A stretch of DNA of 64,000 nt from Bugula neritina (taxonomy: Eukaryota > Animalia > Bryozoa). Location of the stretch: the NCBI GenBank assembly GCA_964035545.1, contig OZ037769.1, positions 4,445,929 to 4,509,928 of the forward strand. Reading direction: 5' to 3'. The position numbers and the translations under genes were made by a program. A model generated the notes under the pieces. The model saw only the letters and a list, made by a program, of their open reading frames with translations, made no database searches and was not told the DNA's origin. The first letter of the stretch is position 1; the number at the start of each line of letters is the position of its first letter. This document shows, piece by piece, positions 18,938 through 33,175 of this stretch.

Positions 18938-21049
18938 TGTAACTCTCCTTTTCGAGCCAAGCCTCCGGCAATCCCATTCCTCACAGTAACTACTCTATTG
19001 ACTAATGAAATGACTGAAGTTGTTATTGAAAATTACGCAAAGTGCGTGTACAGCTCACTCTCATAACTGGCCAATAAGCTGCTCAAACAGTAATTGAATT
19101 GTCAATGGCACATACCAGCAGACATTTCAATGACATATCTGAATTAGGTTCTGTCATTTATACTTCCTAAGACACTACTTACATGATGCATTGTTACCAG
19201 TTTTTGAGAAACTGTCAAATTAATTACTGTTTTTCATATATACCATGTAATACGCTGTTCCTTAAATTCAATCACTGAAAGGTAATTGATGGCATTTTTT
19301 ATAATAACTCTTCCATGCTAACTTCATTAAAAACAGGCAGTTTGTTCTTAGGCTATATGTCAAATTAATAAGAATCTAGGAGAATAATACCAGATTGGTA
19401 GGAGCTTAATATGGTGTACTCATCTTCAACCACACTCTTGGTGGAGTTAGTTCTTATTTATAAGTGTAGAGCTTAACAAAGGTTCTCCATATTGTAGCTT
19501 TTTGGAGGTATATAGGTGCAGTAAAGGAGAAATTGAGAAATCTGCTTGCCCTTTAGGTTAGAAATGTAGCAAAGAATTTATGCCTGCAAGAGAACTTCAG
19601 CCAACATCCTACCCAAAATTAATAAGAAGATTAAAAACTTAGGCAATTAAAATTTCTCTACTACTGCCCCTGAATGTATATTTTTGGGCTAAAAGAACCC
19701 AAGCCTAACTACTTCAAATTTTACTTTTGACATTGAAAAACTGTGTTACTTTCAACATGATGTGAGTTAAAGTAGATACAGAACAAAGTCTTTGCTCTAT
19801 AACAATATATAAATTGAAAATGCACACTAGTTTGCATCCAGTTTCAAGACAAACAACTCTACATTCACCAGGATGAAGCAAATGCAATATTAAGTATGAC
19901 CAAAAACATGAATTAATTCACACTCCAGTTATGGATGTTTTCATACAAATCAGCTTGTAAATTTGACCTTTTCAAACATTTGTATTTTAATGAGTAACAT
20001 TTTATATAACTATGAATAGGGCTGAGCTGATAACTGTTACTGGTATCTTGGGTAAATTTGTTTTGTCCCATGACAGTACCAGTGCTATGTAGTTCTAGTA
20101 CCACTACAATGTTAGTATATGATACTATGAGACCTCCAAATGAGGGTGTTGACCTCTAAGTATGGTCGCTCCAGGTAGTGGCTACTTCTGAGGATTATTA
20201 ATGCAGATTACAGATAACTGACAGATAAATCCTAGCCTAACAGTTGCATGTTAAGAACGTTTAAGTTTAGGCTCCAGTAATTAATAATAACAATATAATA
20301 TTACTACAGCTTTTGTTAGCAAGCAAAAATATTGGTGGCTACTGTAAGATTGTAGAAAGATATCTGCAATTAATGAATTACAATATAATACTACAGCGTC
20401 TATAGTTGCAGAAAAAAACATTGGAGTTTACTTCTTGACTAAGTGTTGGATGTATCATAGAATGTAGAAGGTTTATGTGATAGTAGTCCATGAAGTTGGG
20501 TGTGCTAAGAGCAATTTATCCATTCAATGTTCTTTTTACTGTTATATATTTGTTATGTTTGTGTGTATCTGCTACAGGGTGAATATAGCAAAGATGCGCA
20601 AACAATTAAAGAGAACTTACTGAAGTCCAGTGTATTGTAATATAATTGAGGAATTAATGTTTATATGCTACACACACAACACACACGCACTAAGAAAACA
20701 GGGTTAGAACTTTTATTTCATTAGCTCTAGTTTGTATATTTGTATATAAATGATCATTAAATAGCAAGAGCCTTTTGAAAAAAGCAAAACAGTGCTCAGA
20801 AAATATTAATAGATTATAGGCTGAAGCTAAAAAGTTTATGAAACACCAATGTATAAAATATTGCATATTATTTATTTTGACTGCTTACAGACCAGTGATA
20901 TCTTCAATGTGCAATACTTTGAATGATTGGTCATCTTTTTGTATTATTAGGTGTTGAAAATTTGTTACTAACAAATTACAGCATTTGTTACTTCCTGCAG
21001 TGGGAAGACAATTCCATCAAAGAGATTATAATTATTGTAGTGTTGTTGC

Positions 21050-21135
21050 AGTGGTCCCTATGGTGTCGTAGTTGACACACTTGCTTGCAAGCCGGAGGTC
21101 TCGGGTTCGCATCCCAGTCGGGGCAAAGTTTTTCA
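21050..21135 (+). mobile_element. tRNA-derived repeat/SINE head, family B
   Basis: A-box-like TGGTGTCGTAG, CTTGCAAG, GGAGGTC, B-box GGTTCGCATCCC; stems do not pair fully; homologous copy at 53205-53290. Confidence 0.7.
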
Positions 21136-22489
21136 TATGTACTATTACAACATATTACATAGAACTTTTCAAATAATCTCAATCTGCAACAAATGATACA
21201 AGAGATACCAGTAAAAGTCCTTCAAGTGTGGGGATGGAGTATTAGCCAAGCCATCTGATGTATAACAGTGTAACAGTAAGGTAGAGTCACATATGTTGTG
21301 TCTAACATTACTGCTGTCTCAATGAAAGATTCAAACAGGCATGTAACCAACATTGAACCAGCTAGAAGAGCAAGTGGTGCCGGTACTAGACAAGCTTGTC
21401 ATAACAATGAGAAAGTAAATTGAAAATAATAGAATAGTTCAGCCTGTAAAAAATGGAAGGCCATTTTAGTGGTTGCATGACTGATTTTTATGTTTAAATA
21501 TATTTTGTCCTTTTTATGAGCAAATGCAGTTGTCTGTATGTCCAAAATAATCAAGAGAGAGTTTGTTTAATTTTATATAAGCATGCAAAATGGCATGTAA
21601 ATCTGAAAGAACATATTTATATGAATTATTTGTTATTAAAATATATTTTAAAATACATATAGTAGGAAAGTGTTACCTTAAACAAAAAGCTCTGACCAAA
21701 GTATGAAAAAAATAAAAAGTACACTGGCTTTACCATCTTATTATATGAGAAATGTGGGAAATTCTCCTCAACTAATTTCTAAAGAATTGAATTTGTTTAT
21801 TGAGGCCACGTACTCTAGTTTTGCCATTAGGTCCTATTCACATTGATAGAGTGGCCACAACTTTGATCAACCTGTGATTTTTGCATTAAATTCCCTTGGC
21901 TTTTTTTAAAGCTATTGTTCTTTTGTGGAAAAAAGCTGCGAAGGCTTATCACAAGCATAATGATTCACCAGAAATTCCTAAATTTAGTTTAGATATTTAT
22001 GTTTTTTTTTACAATTTAATTTGGTGGCCATCAAAAATGCCATTTAGGTATAATGCAGAATTGTATGCCTAGCCTAAATAGTTTTATTGCATTTACAGTT
22101 GTTTTTATGAAGTTTCTTTTTTTGAACAACCCCATCCCGTGCCTAAAACAGGAGAGGGCAACTTCGTTTGTAGGACAGCCAGGTTCAGAAGCCAGTCAAA
22201 ACAGAGGCCACATCATTGTAGACATATTAGTTTTTCATTATAAGAAAGTAATATGTCACGGAATCCCTACTGTGCTAATGAGAATGTATATAACATTTTC
22301 TTAGTTATCTTGTGCATAAGAAGTGCCACTGAAAAATGGGCAAAGTGCCACAAATGGCTCTGTCCCTCCAGTTGCCTACCCTGGCCTATACTTATAGCCT
22401 ATTGTAATCGCAAATCCAAGTTGTAATAAAAATTACACTGTTTTAATTATAAGGACGTTCACTAGTTTTTGCTGATGCTAAAACTGCTT

Positions 22490-22790
22490 CTAGCTTATTG
22501 CTAACGACGTCATAATAAATTTCGTAAATAATTGTTGGGCAAATTTTTATTTTATATAACCGTCATTACAAACGATGTTCGACAACTTTTGGTGTTAAAA
22601 GCAAGAATAGTTGGACTTGCTGATTTTGGCACGCAAGAATGTTTAGCTGCGTTTTTACTAGAATTACTTGCTAAAATGTCGGTCAATTTCATGCTTATCG
22701 ACTTTTGCTGGTATATATACGACAGTACGGAACACGCGCTATCGCTCTCTCGCGAGTATACATTTTATAACACTGCGAGCATTATTACTA
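22490..22790. promoter_or_regulatory. CpG-enriched patch, candidate promoter for the DNAJB6-like gene
   Basis: Local CpG excess relative to flanks, GACGTCA (~22506) and TCTCGCGAG (~22748) motifs, upstream of the gene's putative 5' UTR exons; inference only. Confidence 0.3.
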
Positions 22791-24760
22791 TTAGTATTAG
22801 TATTACGATTATCATTATGATCATTATGCTTTTCAAGATGGTTCTGCAAGTGCAATAACAATGCCTATAACCTATATGTAAAGTTATATTAATGAAATCT
22901 TGAATTTGATTTTAAGTTAGTTTAGAAATTCGTTTAGTATTTTCCAAGTTGTTGGTAGCAGAACTAATTATACTTTAAGTTTATACTTATACTTATACTT
23001 ATAGTTTATAGTGATGAGGCATTATCATTATCATTATGATTATGATTAAATTTAATATTATCGTTATCAGTTATGATTATCACGAATCTCAGTCTGAGTC
23101 TTAGCCTCTACTAGTACTTTTACTTTTAGGCCTAGCCTTTAGGCCCTAGGCATAAGTGCACTACATTTCGATTTAATTTTACTTTGGCTTTGAGATTTTT
23201 TATTTTTTAGACTTTAGTTAATAAGTTATTGTTGACATTTTATTTTTATTTAATTTTACTTTTAGTTTTCGTTTTTGCTAGATTTTCATTTTGATTTACT
23301 CATAATTATTGAAGTCATGCGCACTGATGTTCTAATTACCTAGAGCAGATGACAACCAAGGCCAGGCTATAACACTCATAGTCATATACTCAATATAATA
23401 CTCAATACAATCTTTATTTTCAAGCATCATACTGTATTTAATAATATTATATATACCTTATAATATTAAAAAAAAAAAAACAACAAACAAACAAAAACAA
23501 AAAAAACTGTTATACAAATATACTGTAGATTGTATTTTTATACATTCAAAAATATTAACTTTCATCTTTGCCTGCAAATAGAGGTATTTTCTTTTTTTCT
23601 TGTATTATTTTATCAATAAAGAGTTCATCATCATCATGCGCATTACATTTGGTTTTACAGTGAATGTGATTACTCATCACTATGTCTTTTGTCTATCAGT
23701 ATTAGTATTACTCATACTCGTATTAGATTTAGTGATTACACGTACTCTTAGAGTTACTGTTAGTGACACTGACTTACACTTACAGCAATAATACTAAATC
23801 CAATATTAATACTATTACTATTACTAATAGTAATAGTGATAATAATACTAATAGTAATAGCATTAACTATTAGTATTATTCTGTTAGTATTACTATTAGT
23901 ATTACTATTAGTATTAGTATTACTATGGTAACTGTAATAACTAATATTAATAATTGCTCTTACTCTTAGTGTCAGTCTTGCTCTTACTCTTACTTATAGT
24001 CTTATACTCAAATAATAATAATAGTAATAGTAAAACTAAGTGCTAATACTAATAGTGATATTCATATTAATATTAATAGTCTATTAGTTGCACTAATACT
24101 TATTTATGTTTCTATGGCTAATAGTAATACTAATAATACTAATGCTAATATTATAACATTAACTAAAAGTGATAGTTTCAAATATAACTATAATTATATT
24201 ACTGGCAGTGACATTATGACTATCAGTTTGCTTATGAGCATTACTATGACTATCAGTGTCAGTCTATAACTATGGCTCAGTATGAGTATCAGTATGACTG
24301 ACTATTACTATGACAGTATGAGTATCAGTATGATTATGAGTTATAATCCAGTTGATTAAATCTTATAAATTATTATTCATATTGTAGCGTTAAAGTAAGT
24401 ATTGTTAATGACTTAATGACTTGATGACAGTGAGTAGGAGAGTATGAGAAAGAGTGCTCAGTTACTTAACTGACGTAACATATACTATACATGTGAACTG
24501 AATGGTAGTATCATACTTATCATACCCAGTGACTTTGAGTATGACTGTTGGTATAAGCCTAATGATAATTGTACGTAATTCACACTGTCACTATCAGCAT
24601 TAGTATAGTACTTACTAGTTACTGTTGAAATTTAATTAGTGTCACTGAGAGTACTATCTCTATTAATATTATTACTTATTAGCTAGTATTGCTATTGTTT
24701 AAACTTTGTATTTATATTTACTACTTTTACAGCTATAGTAATAGTTATATTCATACTATT
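22780..24760. repeat. Long AT-rich low-complexity tract of degenerate TAA/TAG/ACT/AGT repeats
   Basis: Directly visible, e.g. 23810-24320. Confidence 0.7.
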
Positions 24761-25698
24761 AAATAAATTTTTTATGATGAATATTGACTGAGGGACAAAA
24801 TATTTGTGTGCAATAAGCGATGTCCGAGTTTTTGTAATCCAATTGGATATAAATTATTTTAAATATAACATGAAATATTTTTAATTTTTTTTCTAATAAT
24901 TCCAAAGTGATTGTTATATATAACTATAATGTTACAAAGTTTTAGTTACTTTTTATCAAAAAACGTTAAGTGCTTGTCTAACAATGCAGATTGCACTCTT
25001 AGCGATTTTCCCATCTTACGTATTAGAATCATTTGTTACCTAAAATTATTCTTATGTACAATTTTTTTTTAATTTTGAAGTATGCAATGACTGTCTTCTT
25101 ATACTCTAGTTCAGCAAGTTTCATTTTTAAAAGTAGTTAAAGACAGCATTTTTACTATGTGCGCGGCTCCAAACAGTCTTGATTTTACTTTCTACATGTT
25201 TTTTTACTGGGTGTTGAATGTTGGCTGTAGCCATCTCACCTAGCCAAGCTACCTTTAGGCTTTTTACTTGCTGCTCTCATGTATTTAAAGCTGTGTCTAC
25301 TTTTTTGAACTATGATTTGGGTAAGTTAGCAGGGCATAGAACTAAGTAACTCGTACAAACTAACTAACTGTCAATCAGATGTTATCTATTTTATGCAAAG
25401 AAAGTTTTTATAATAAAAGTTATTATAATTGGCTGACTGTAACATATCACTATTTTCTATAATTTTTCCAGGTTTTAAAATTATAATTCAGAGGCTGAAA
25501 AAGACTAGGTTAAGCCACATCTTGGTTTAGACCATTTGTTGAAGCTGTACAGGTAGTGTGTATCTACTCCGGAATAAATTAAGCTCTTCATTGCATTGAT
25601 TACGTAACATGGTAACTGGAAAATTCCTCTAGGCTCTGGGAACTGTACCCTGGCTTGTTTTTTCAGGCTCAGCCTGTTATGATTTGATACCCGAAATC

Positions 25699-28600
25699 AT
25701 GTCATCAAAAAATGAAGATTATTACGATGTCCTTGGCATCCCACGTACAGCCACCTCAGCTGAGATAAAGAAAGCATACAGGTAAGCTGGCAGCAATTTC
25801 TAGAAGTTGTTAGAACCAATAACTATGGGTACTTGAAGGGAATTCAACCAACTCTATTGGTACTAAAAGGAAGTTTTAATTCCAGCCTTTCATTGTCCCC
25901 TTGTTAAGTAATGTTTGTATTAAGTTAAATTCTTTGTTAGTTTGTGTTGAGGATTGACTAGAAGTTGAAGGAGCAAATTACTGAATGAAATTATCTTGTA
26001 TGTGGAACAAATAGCTGTAAAACTGCTATTTTATAGTGACATTTTATATTATGTTGTGTGGACTGTTTTTATATCCTCCTGAAATCACAATGTTTACTTC
26101 ATTTCTCTTGTTTCAGTACTAAGATATAAAACATCTAAAGAATGCATTTATATAGAAATTGCTATAGCTACTAGCTATCTGTACCATGCAGCAACCACTG
26201 TTAGCGTTGTCATGATAATTATAATTAGTGTAAAATAAAATGTTGGTGTGCCGCAATTAATGCCTATGTTGGCTTCCTCATAATAATTGTAATGACTATT
26301 ACAATATTCATCTGCCTATGTATGTACATGCAGTAGCTATTCTAGCTCATTGCATATAATTAAAGCATTTCCATGCAAAATCAACTTGTAACTTTAAAGT
26401 GGTTTTTCAGTTCATTAAAATCTTTTCACTTTAACCAACATACAATACTGGTCATTAACTAAACTCTTTTTTCTTTCAGATCCAGGAAGCTAGAACTATT
26501 AAGTTGTCAACTTCAACCTTTACTTTCCATTATACATTTTACAAGTTCAGCTTCTTTTAGTAACTCTTTGTCTATCCTCTATGCACTTTAGTTCGATATA
26601 TCAGCTTCTTCTCTGTCATTCTAGAAAACAAGCCCTGCAGTGGCATCCAGACAAAAACCCTGAGAAGAAAGAAGAAGCTGAAACCAGGTTTAAACTTATA
26701 GCTGAAGCTTATGAAATACTGTCCGACAGTGAGTCCAACCAGATTCTTTATTTCTGACTTCCTGTGTATCATTTTTCTTCAAACAAAACACAAAATTCAA
26801 CCCTTCTGTTTTGGTGCAAAATAGAGGTTTCATTTTCACCTATAACTTTGCAATGATCTAGGTTAAGTGTATTTCTGCCTGATACTCATGCAGCTAGATC
26901 ACCATAATCATATTTATATATATGAGTCTTGGAAGTCCACTATACTCACTGATTGAGTTGTGTACTTTACGAAAAACTATTTAGTTTCTATAAACTTATT
27001 CATTACTTTCTATGTTCAACCACTTGATATCACAATTCATCTGCATTGATATAAACTTATTTCAGATATGCTAATAATATTTATTGAAGCAGAAAATACT
27101 TCCTATGAAAACTTTTAGTGTTGATAAATAAATCTAGAATATTCTAATGCTGATATTTTCCCAAAATTCATGGAAAGTTGTGCTTGTGAACACACCTACT
27201 TAATAGCCAAAATAATCATAAATACTGAACTTCAGTTTCATTTCACAAACACTAAGTTTATGTTGCTTTACCCCCTATTCACACTTGCCGTATTTTTAAT
27301 GTGTTCGGGCTGAAATTTTCAAAGTCCGCTATTAGGTACGATCTATGACACTTCATTGGACAATTATATCCAATGAATTAACGCAAAAGTTTTTCTGTCC
27401 AATAGGAGTCCGCCGCAACTTATTTGAATCAAGCAGTGTTTGATCCTACCGTACCGCAACGCCGTACAGGAAGCTCAGACATTTGTAAAAATGGCTGATA
27501 TTTGCTGTTACGGCGTACGATACGGTAAGTGTGAATGAGGGGTTAAGCTGCAGTTACACTAATTCCTAGTAACCTGGGATTTCCTATTTTTAGCACATAT
27601 TATTAAACCAGGCATTTGTAAGGTAGAAGAGATTACTTTTCTTGCTTCCGATTTTAACTTTCTCTTGTTAGAAGTTAATAGCAGCCACAATATACAGTTT
27701 TTAGTTTTTTTACCTCGAACAATTGTATGCAGTGACTTTCTGTTATAGTATAACATAACGTAGAAGCATGTTCAAAAGGTAATCTAGTGTCATTTAAATT
27801 AGGAAATGAATAAAACAATGCATTTAGCGAAACAATACAGTCTTATTTCAAATTGCAACTACTCCATTTCACACCGTCACCTACGATGGAGATTTGTAAG
27901 CTTCATCTGTATGGAAAAATCAACAGTCATCTCGGCTACTCCCAACTGCCTCTGGCTTTATACCAGTCACAACCTTTTTTTTTCTGTTTCGAAATAGTTA
28001 AACCAGTAGCCAGGTGTTTGTGCCTAGCTGTAAGGCTGACAGATTGTGTTCGTGATGTGTGGATGAGTATCACGTTCACAATCTAACAGCTATGAGGATG
28101 TGAAATGGCTTCACATCATGTCAGTGCTCTGACTCATTGATGGTAAATTAGCCTCAGCAGGTCTTAGTGATCCAGACAAGACTATATATCAACACATGGG
28201 CCAACAATACAAGGGAGCAGCCGTGATTTAGGCCCTAGAGGATAGAGTGTTTGCTTTATAAGTTTGAGCCCTGACAGAGGCCATTGGTGATGTCAGTCAT
28301 GTTGCTCTTTTGCCACATATGAATAAGTCCTTAGCCCAATCTAACAAAAAAAAAACCTTTCATTAAGGGTCTTCTCACAGGGATGGTGGCTATAAACCTG
28401 CGTGAAATTTTTTATGGGATAACAATACAGAGCATCCAACCTCTTTATTCAAAGGAATCACTTTTAGAGGTCCAGTACTGGTGTTGTATAAAAGTTTTCT
28501 AATTCTTGAGATGTTTTTTCGCTCAAGTAATATTTGAATGTTTTAGAGGAAAAGAGGCGGATATATGACAAGTATGGACACGAGGGGCTGACAGGAAATG

Positions 28601-31600
28601 AAGGCAGCGGCCGAGGGGGTCCTTCCTTTTCGGGTGCAAATTACTATGCGCACGAGCCTTTCAGTGGCTTCCACTTCCAAGACCCTATGGACCTGTTTCA
28701 GCAGTTCTTTGGAGCCTCTCCGTTTGAAGATGTATTTAGTAAGTAGAACCCTGGCTATGCAACTCAATGCCATGTTTTGGGGCAAGATGAAAACACTAGC
28801 TTTTCTTCTCTGAGCTGGAAATCCTTTACTCAATATGGGGAAATTCCTGCTCATTCAGTGTAACTGACGCTTTTGATAGTTGGGGTAACTTTTTCCTAAT
28901 GCTAATGAGTATATGTGCCAACACAAGTACCTGTCCATTCTAAACTAATGAACTGACAAGTGACAGCAGGTGAGTCAAATGACAGCAGGTGATGTGTGAA
29001 ATGACAGCATTGGTGACAGAAAACTATCTCCCACCCTTTTAGAGCAAATCTTTATGAAAATAATTACACATTAACTTGGTGCACAGGTTCCTAGTTGGCT
29101 GCTGTTACAATATCCACCTGCAATAGTTATTCTAATTAATTCATTTATTGTGCAAGTAATTTCTACCTCCAGGCATAAAAGTTCTTTGTTGGCATTTTTC
29201 CAATGACCTTAGGTATTATTTCAGGCTTGTAGTCACTGAAATATATTATATTTTAGTGCTTAGAATTATCGGTCTAGCGCTTTAGTTTACCATCTATGGC
29301 ACAGTCACCATTATATATCAGGATATCAGGCTAAAGTTGCACAAACCGTGGCTCATGGGCTACTTTTTGACTTCCATTTAATAATTACCAACCTAATGAG
29401 TTCTGTGATACACTTCATAGTATTCTACTCTGCAAGACTTTCCTTTGTTATAGGTCACTTGCCTAGACGAAGACCTCACGGTAAATGTAGCCTTAGTTTT
29501 CTTGGGTATAAGTGAAATAACCCGTAGCATCCCCTCCCTATGCTCAACTTGTTGTAGCCTAAGTTTTGTAGTAGAAGCAGTTGAAATAGCTGTTAGACCT
29601 GCTTGTATTGTTCAATTACTGAATTAATTCAACTCAACTAATACACACAAAAAGGATTTTAAACATTCTTACAAATTTCTTGGAAATTGAATTGACGAAG
29701 TGTCAATTACATTGATTTACTACTTGATTTCCTTATCAACGCATGTTTATACTAAATGAAAATTGCAGCATACATGAATCAGTAATCTACTGCTTTTTGC
29801 TTCATGTGGCAGGCATGTATTTGTTTTAGCATAATAAAGTTTTCCCTTCATATCTGCTAGCAGGTGTTCCGAGACCTTAGATAGTTAGGCCTGTGTACCG
29901 TGGTAACACCAATGCTCTCTTGTAATGCTGTGCAATATGTTGGTGCTTGTTTGTGGCGCTGCTGTAGTTCACGTTCTCAGAAACTGCTCTTTTATGCTGC
30001 TTCATCAAAGTTCAGATCCTGGTTGCCCCGCCACATCTGTAATCTACCTGCCAATCCCACTAAAACCTCCACCATAACCTTACCTGCATTCTGTTGCTAC
30101 TTAATTTATGTGCTGATTAGTTTGGAGTTGTATTCCCTCAGGCTAACAGGATTATTCTCTCAGGCTAGAAAACTAAAAATCAGCTTATGCAGTGTACAGC
30201 TTTTTCAGAATTTTGAGATATTTTTTACGATTCAATGAATTAAGTCCTTAGCCCGCTTTAACAAAAACCCTTTCCATCAAGGGGTTCTCACAGGGATGGT
30301 GACTATAAACTTGCGTGAGTTTTTTGCACAATTCAATGAAATCACAATTTTTATCCTTTAGTTAGGCATGCAATCATGAAAAGAAAAGTCCATGCTAAGC
30401 AATATTGCATTGCTATTTTTTATGGTCATGGTTAAAAGGCAGCCTAGCTAAATGTAAGCTCTCTCCATTATCACCCACTACTGGTATCCTCCATGTATTC
30501 CTCAAAGACACGTGCCGGTCTTCCTAACCATCTCATTTTGTAGCAATCTCAGCTATTAGACTAAGAGTTAAAGATAGATTTTATACAGTAGGAATTTGTT
30601 GAAAATTAATTAGTGCCCATAACCTGCTTCATAGATGCCTGCATGGCTTGTGACAACTTCGTTTCTGTGTGTACAGTGTCTGGCAACTGCTAGCATGCTG
30701 TTGTGTTGTAGTTCATATATCTGTTTTCTATTTAATATATTTGTTAGTTCTATGAGTTAAATTTTAAATGTATTTTTTTTGTAGATTTATAATTAATTAT
30801 GGCATATTACAATAACTTAATGGCGCTGCACCATCATCTTTCTCTTTTTACTAGAATATAGCAGACAGAAGAGTTTATGCTTCATGTGATGATTTATAAT
30901 ATAAAGTCTCTCTGCTGTATTTTTATGGTCAGAGCAAGCACTTTATAGTACTGAATCTAGATGTTCAGTACTACATAGGGGGAGGTAATTCCTATATTTT
31001 CCTATAATATTCTTTCAGGTCACACAGGTCGCACTCATCATTCCTCTAGACAGCACAATGCCCCGCACAGTATGCACGCTGCCAGCCCATTCGGCTTCGG
31101 CTTTTCCGGATTTGGAATGAATCACGGCCTGTTTCATGGTTTAAATAATGGTTTCCATGACGACTTCTTCAATGGAGGGTGAGATGTTGGTCTACTAAAC
31201 GAAAGAGTGTAATAATACTCCAGTGTAGTAATACAGTATACTATTTAGTGTAGTAATACAGTATACTATTTAGTCTTGTAATACAGTTTACTATTTAGTG
31301 TAGTAACACAGTATACTATTTAGTGTAGTAATACAGTATACTATTTAGTGTAGTAATACAGTATACTATTTAGTGTAGTAATACAGTATACTATGTAGTG
31401 TAGTAATACGGTATACCACTTAGTGTAATAATACGGTATACTATTTAGTGTAGTAATACAGTATACTATTTAGTGTAGTAATACAGTATACTATTTAGTG
31501 TAGTAATACGGTATACTATTTAGTGTAGTAATACAGTATACTATTTAGTGTAGTAATACAGTATACTATTTAGTGTAGTAATACAGTTTACTATTTAGTG

Positions 31601-32551
31601 TAGTAATACAGCATACTATTTAGTGTAGTAATACAGTATACTATGTAGTGTAGTAACACAGTATACTATTTAGCGTAGTAATACAGTATACTATTTAGTG
31701 TAGTAATACAGTATACTATTTAGTGTAGTAATACAGTATACTATGTAGTGTAGTAACACAGTATACTATTTAGCGTAGTAATACAGTATATTATTTAGTG
31801 TAGTAATACAGTATACTATTTAGTGTAGTAATACAGTATACTATTTAGTGTAGTAATACAGTATACTATTTAGTGTAGTAATACAGTATACTATGTAGTG
31901 TAGTAATACAGTATACTATTTAGCGTAGTAATACAGTATACTGTTTAGTGTAGTAATACATTATACTATTTAGTGTAGTAATACAGTATACTATTTGGTG
32001 TAGTAAGAAGGTATAAAATGTAGTTAAAACTAATCTGTTTTCAATCCAAATAAAGAATTTGTTCAATATTGCAATATCGGTAACTTTCTCTCGTCTCATG
32101 TTTAGACTTATGAGTTCATCATCTTTCTCCTCCTCATTTGGCGGGGGAGGGCCGGGAATGACCATGTCATCAACCTCGTCATCTTATATCAACGGTAAAC
32201 AGGTGACTACATCCAGGTAAGTGCGCCATTTTAACTTACTGGGTAGCGTACTAGATTATCAGATATTTCTCAAATAATTTCAATTTCAAGCTGATTGTGC
32301 TCTGTGTAGTTATCTTGACAAGGGTTCGATGTGGGAATATTTTTGAGTTTCTGGCTCATTTTTGTAGAACTGTGCAAAATGGAGTAGAGACTGTGATAGT
32401 GAAGGAGAATGGGGAGGTCGTATCTCACAAGGTCAATGGCAAGGAAACAGCGCAGCGCCTTGAGTACCGACCAGCCAACGGCGCCTCCAGCTCTATCGCT
32501 GATTACGCGTCACATGGAGAAAGTTCTCGTAAAAGAAGCAGGCGGAAGTAA
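25699..32551 (+). CDS. DNAJB6: DnaJ homolog subfamily B member 6-like (MRJ; class B Hsp40 co-chaperone)
   Basis: Exons 25699-25781, 26625-26728, 28547-28738, (optional 29454-29480), 31019-31178, 32106-32216, 32368-32551. J domain [59 protein letters not shown]; [15 protein letters not shown]; G/F-rich region; S/T-rich [28 protein letters not shown]; [26 protein letters not shown]. Confidence 0.93.
27271..27542. mobile_element. Tourist-like (PIF/Harbinger-type) MITE
   Basis: TTA|CCCCCTATTCACACTTGCCGTAT ... ATACGGTAAGTGTGAATGAGGGG|TTA: ~23-bp TIR with TTA on both flanks. Confidence 0.78.
28213..28412 (+). mobile_element. tRNA-derived SINE family A
   Basis: GGGAGCAGCCGTG head, family core, tail CTATAAACCTGCGTGA; AACAATACA near both flanks. 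Confidence 0.85.
30236..30325 (+). mobile_element. SINE family A, 5'-truncated 3' fragment
   Basis: TGAAT.AAGTCCTTAGCCC...GACTATAAACTTGCGTGAGTTTTTT. Confidence 0.85.
31221..32006. repeat. 25-bp minisatellite (TAGTGTAGTAATACAGTATACTATT), ~31 copies, DNAJB6 intron
   Basis: Head-to-tail units with period 25, few point variants, no spacers. Confidence 0.97.
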
Positions 32552-33175
32552 TCGACTTTAAACTTCTCAATTAACCTTCATGTCAGCTGTCGGAAACCGA
32601 GTGCACTTAAACTGTTCGTGTTTTATTTATTAATCGCATATCTCACGCCCTATTCTTTTTAGAAATTAAAATAGTTATCAGAACTTATACTACACTGTAT
32701 TTGTTTTGGTGTGTTGATAGATACTGTTTATTGTTTTGCTTTGGTATAGACAAAGTTTAGCCAAACCTCTTTCCTTCATTTCTTTATCAAGTTTCAAAAT
32801 ATATGTAAGAAATAAATGTGTATATTTATAATCGAAATGTTTCTGTTTGCTTCTGTCGTTGTATTGTCAGATAGAATTTATTATAAACATTGCATGCAAT
32901 AATATATCAAAACTCATTACATCAATTAGTGAACTGTGGCAAGTAACTAAAGCACCGTAAGATTCCTTCACAATAACACGAACATAAATATACATGCTGA
33001 ACTTATATCATATTAGTTTTTATTATCACGCGTAATAATATACTATATATAACTATAACACACGGGTGATTTTATATATTGCTACAAACTGTGTAAATGT
33101 TAGAGATGCATGTATTCTTGACTATAAAAGTAGATACATAATTTTACAACTAGGCTGTTATTCCACAAGTACGGC

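Noticed and set aside
21050-21135. Possible functional tRNA gene (also 53205-53290 and the SINE A heads)
   Set aside because: Acceptor and anticodon stems do not pair properly and copies are diverged; treated as tRNA-derived repeats
19000-22400. Scattered exon-like snippets (e.g. 20579-20640)
   Set aside because: Could not be joined into a phase-consistent gene, and no recognisable motifs
30961-30984. Possible 24-nt DNAJB6 micro-exon (ag|ATGTTCAG...GGAG|gtaatt)
   Set aside because: Weak pyrimidine tract, and only 34 nt to the next acceptor
31221-32006. Regular 25-bp array resembling a CRISPR locus
   Set aside because: Units are head-to-tail with no unique spacers, there are no cas genes, and it sits in a spliceosomal intron
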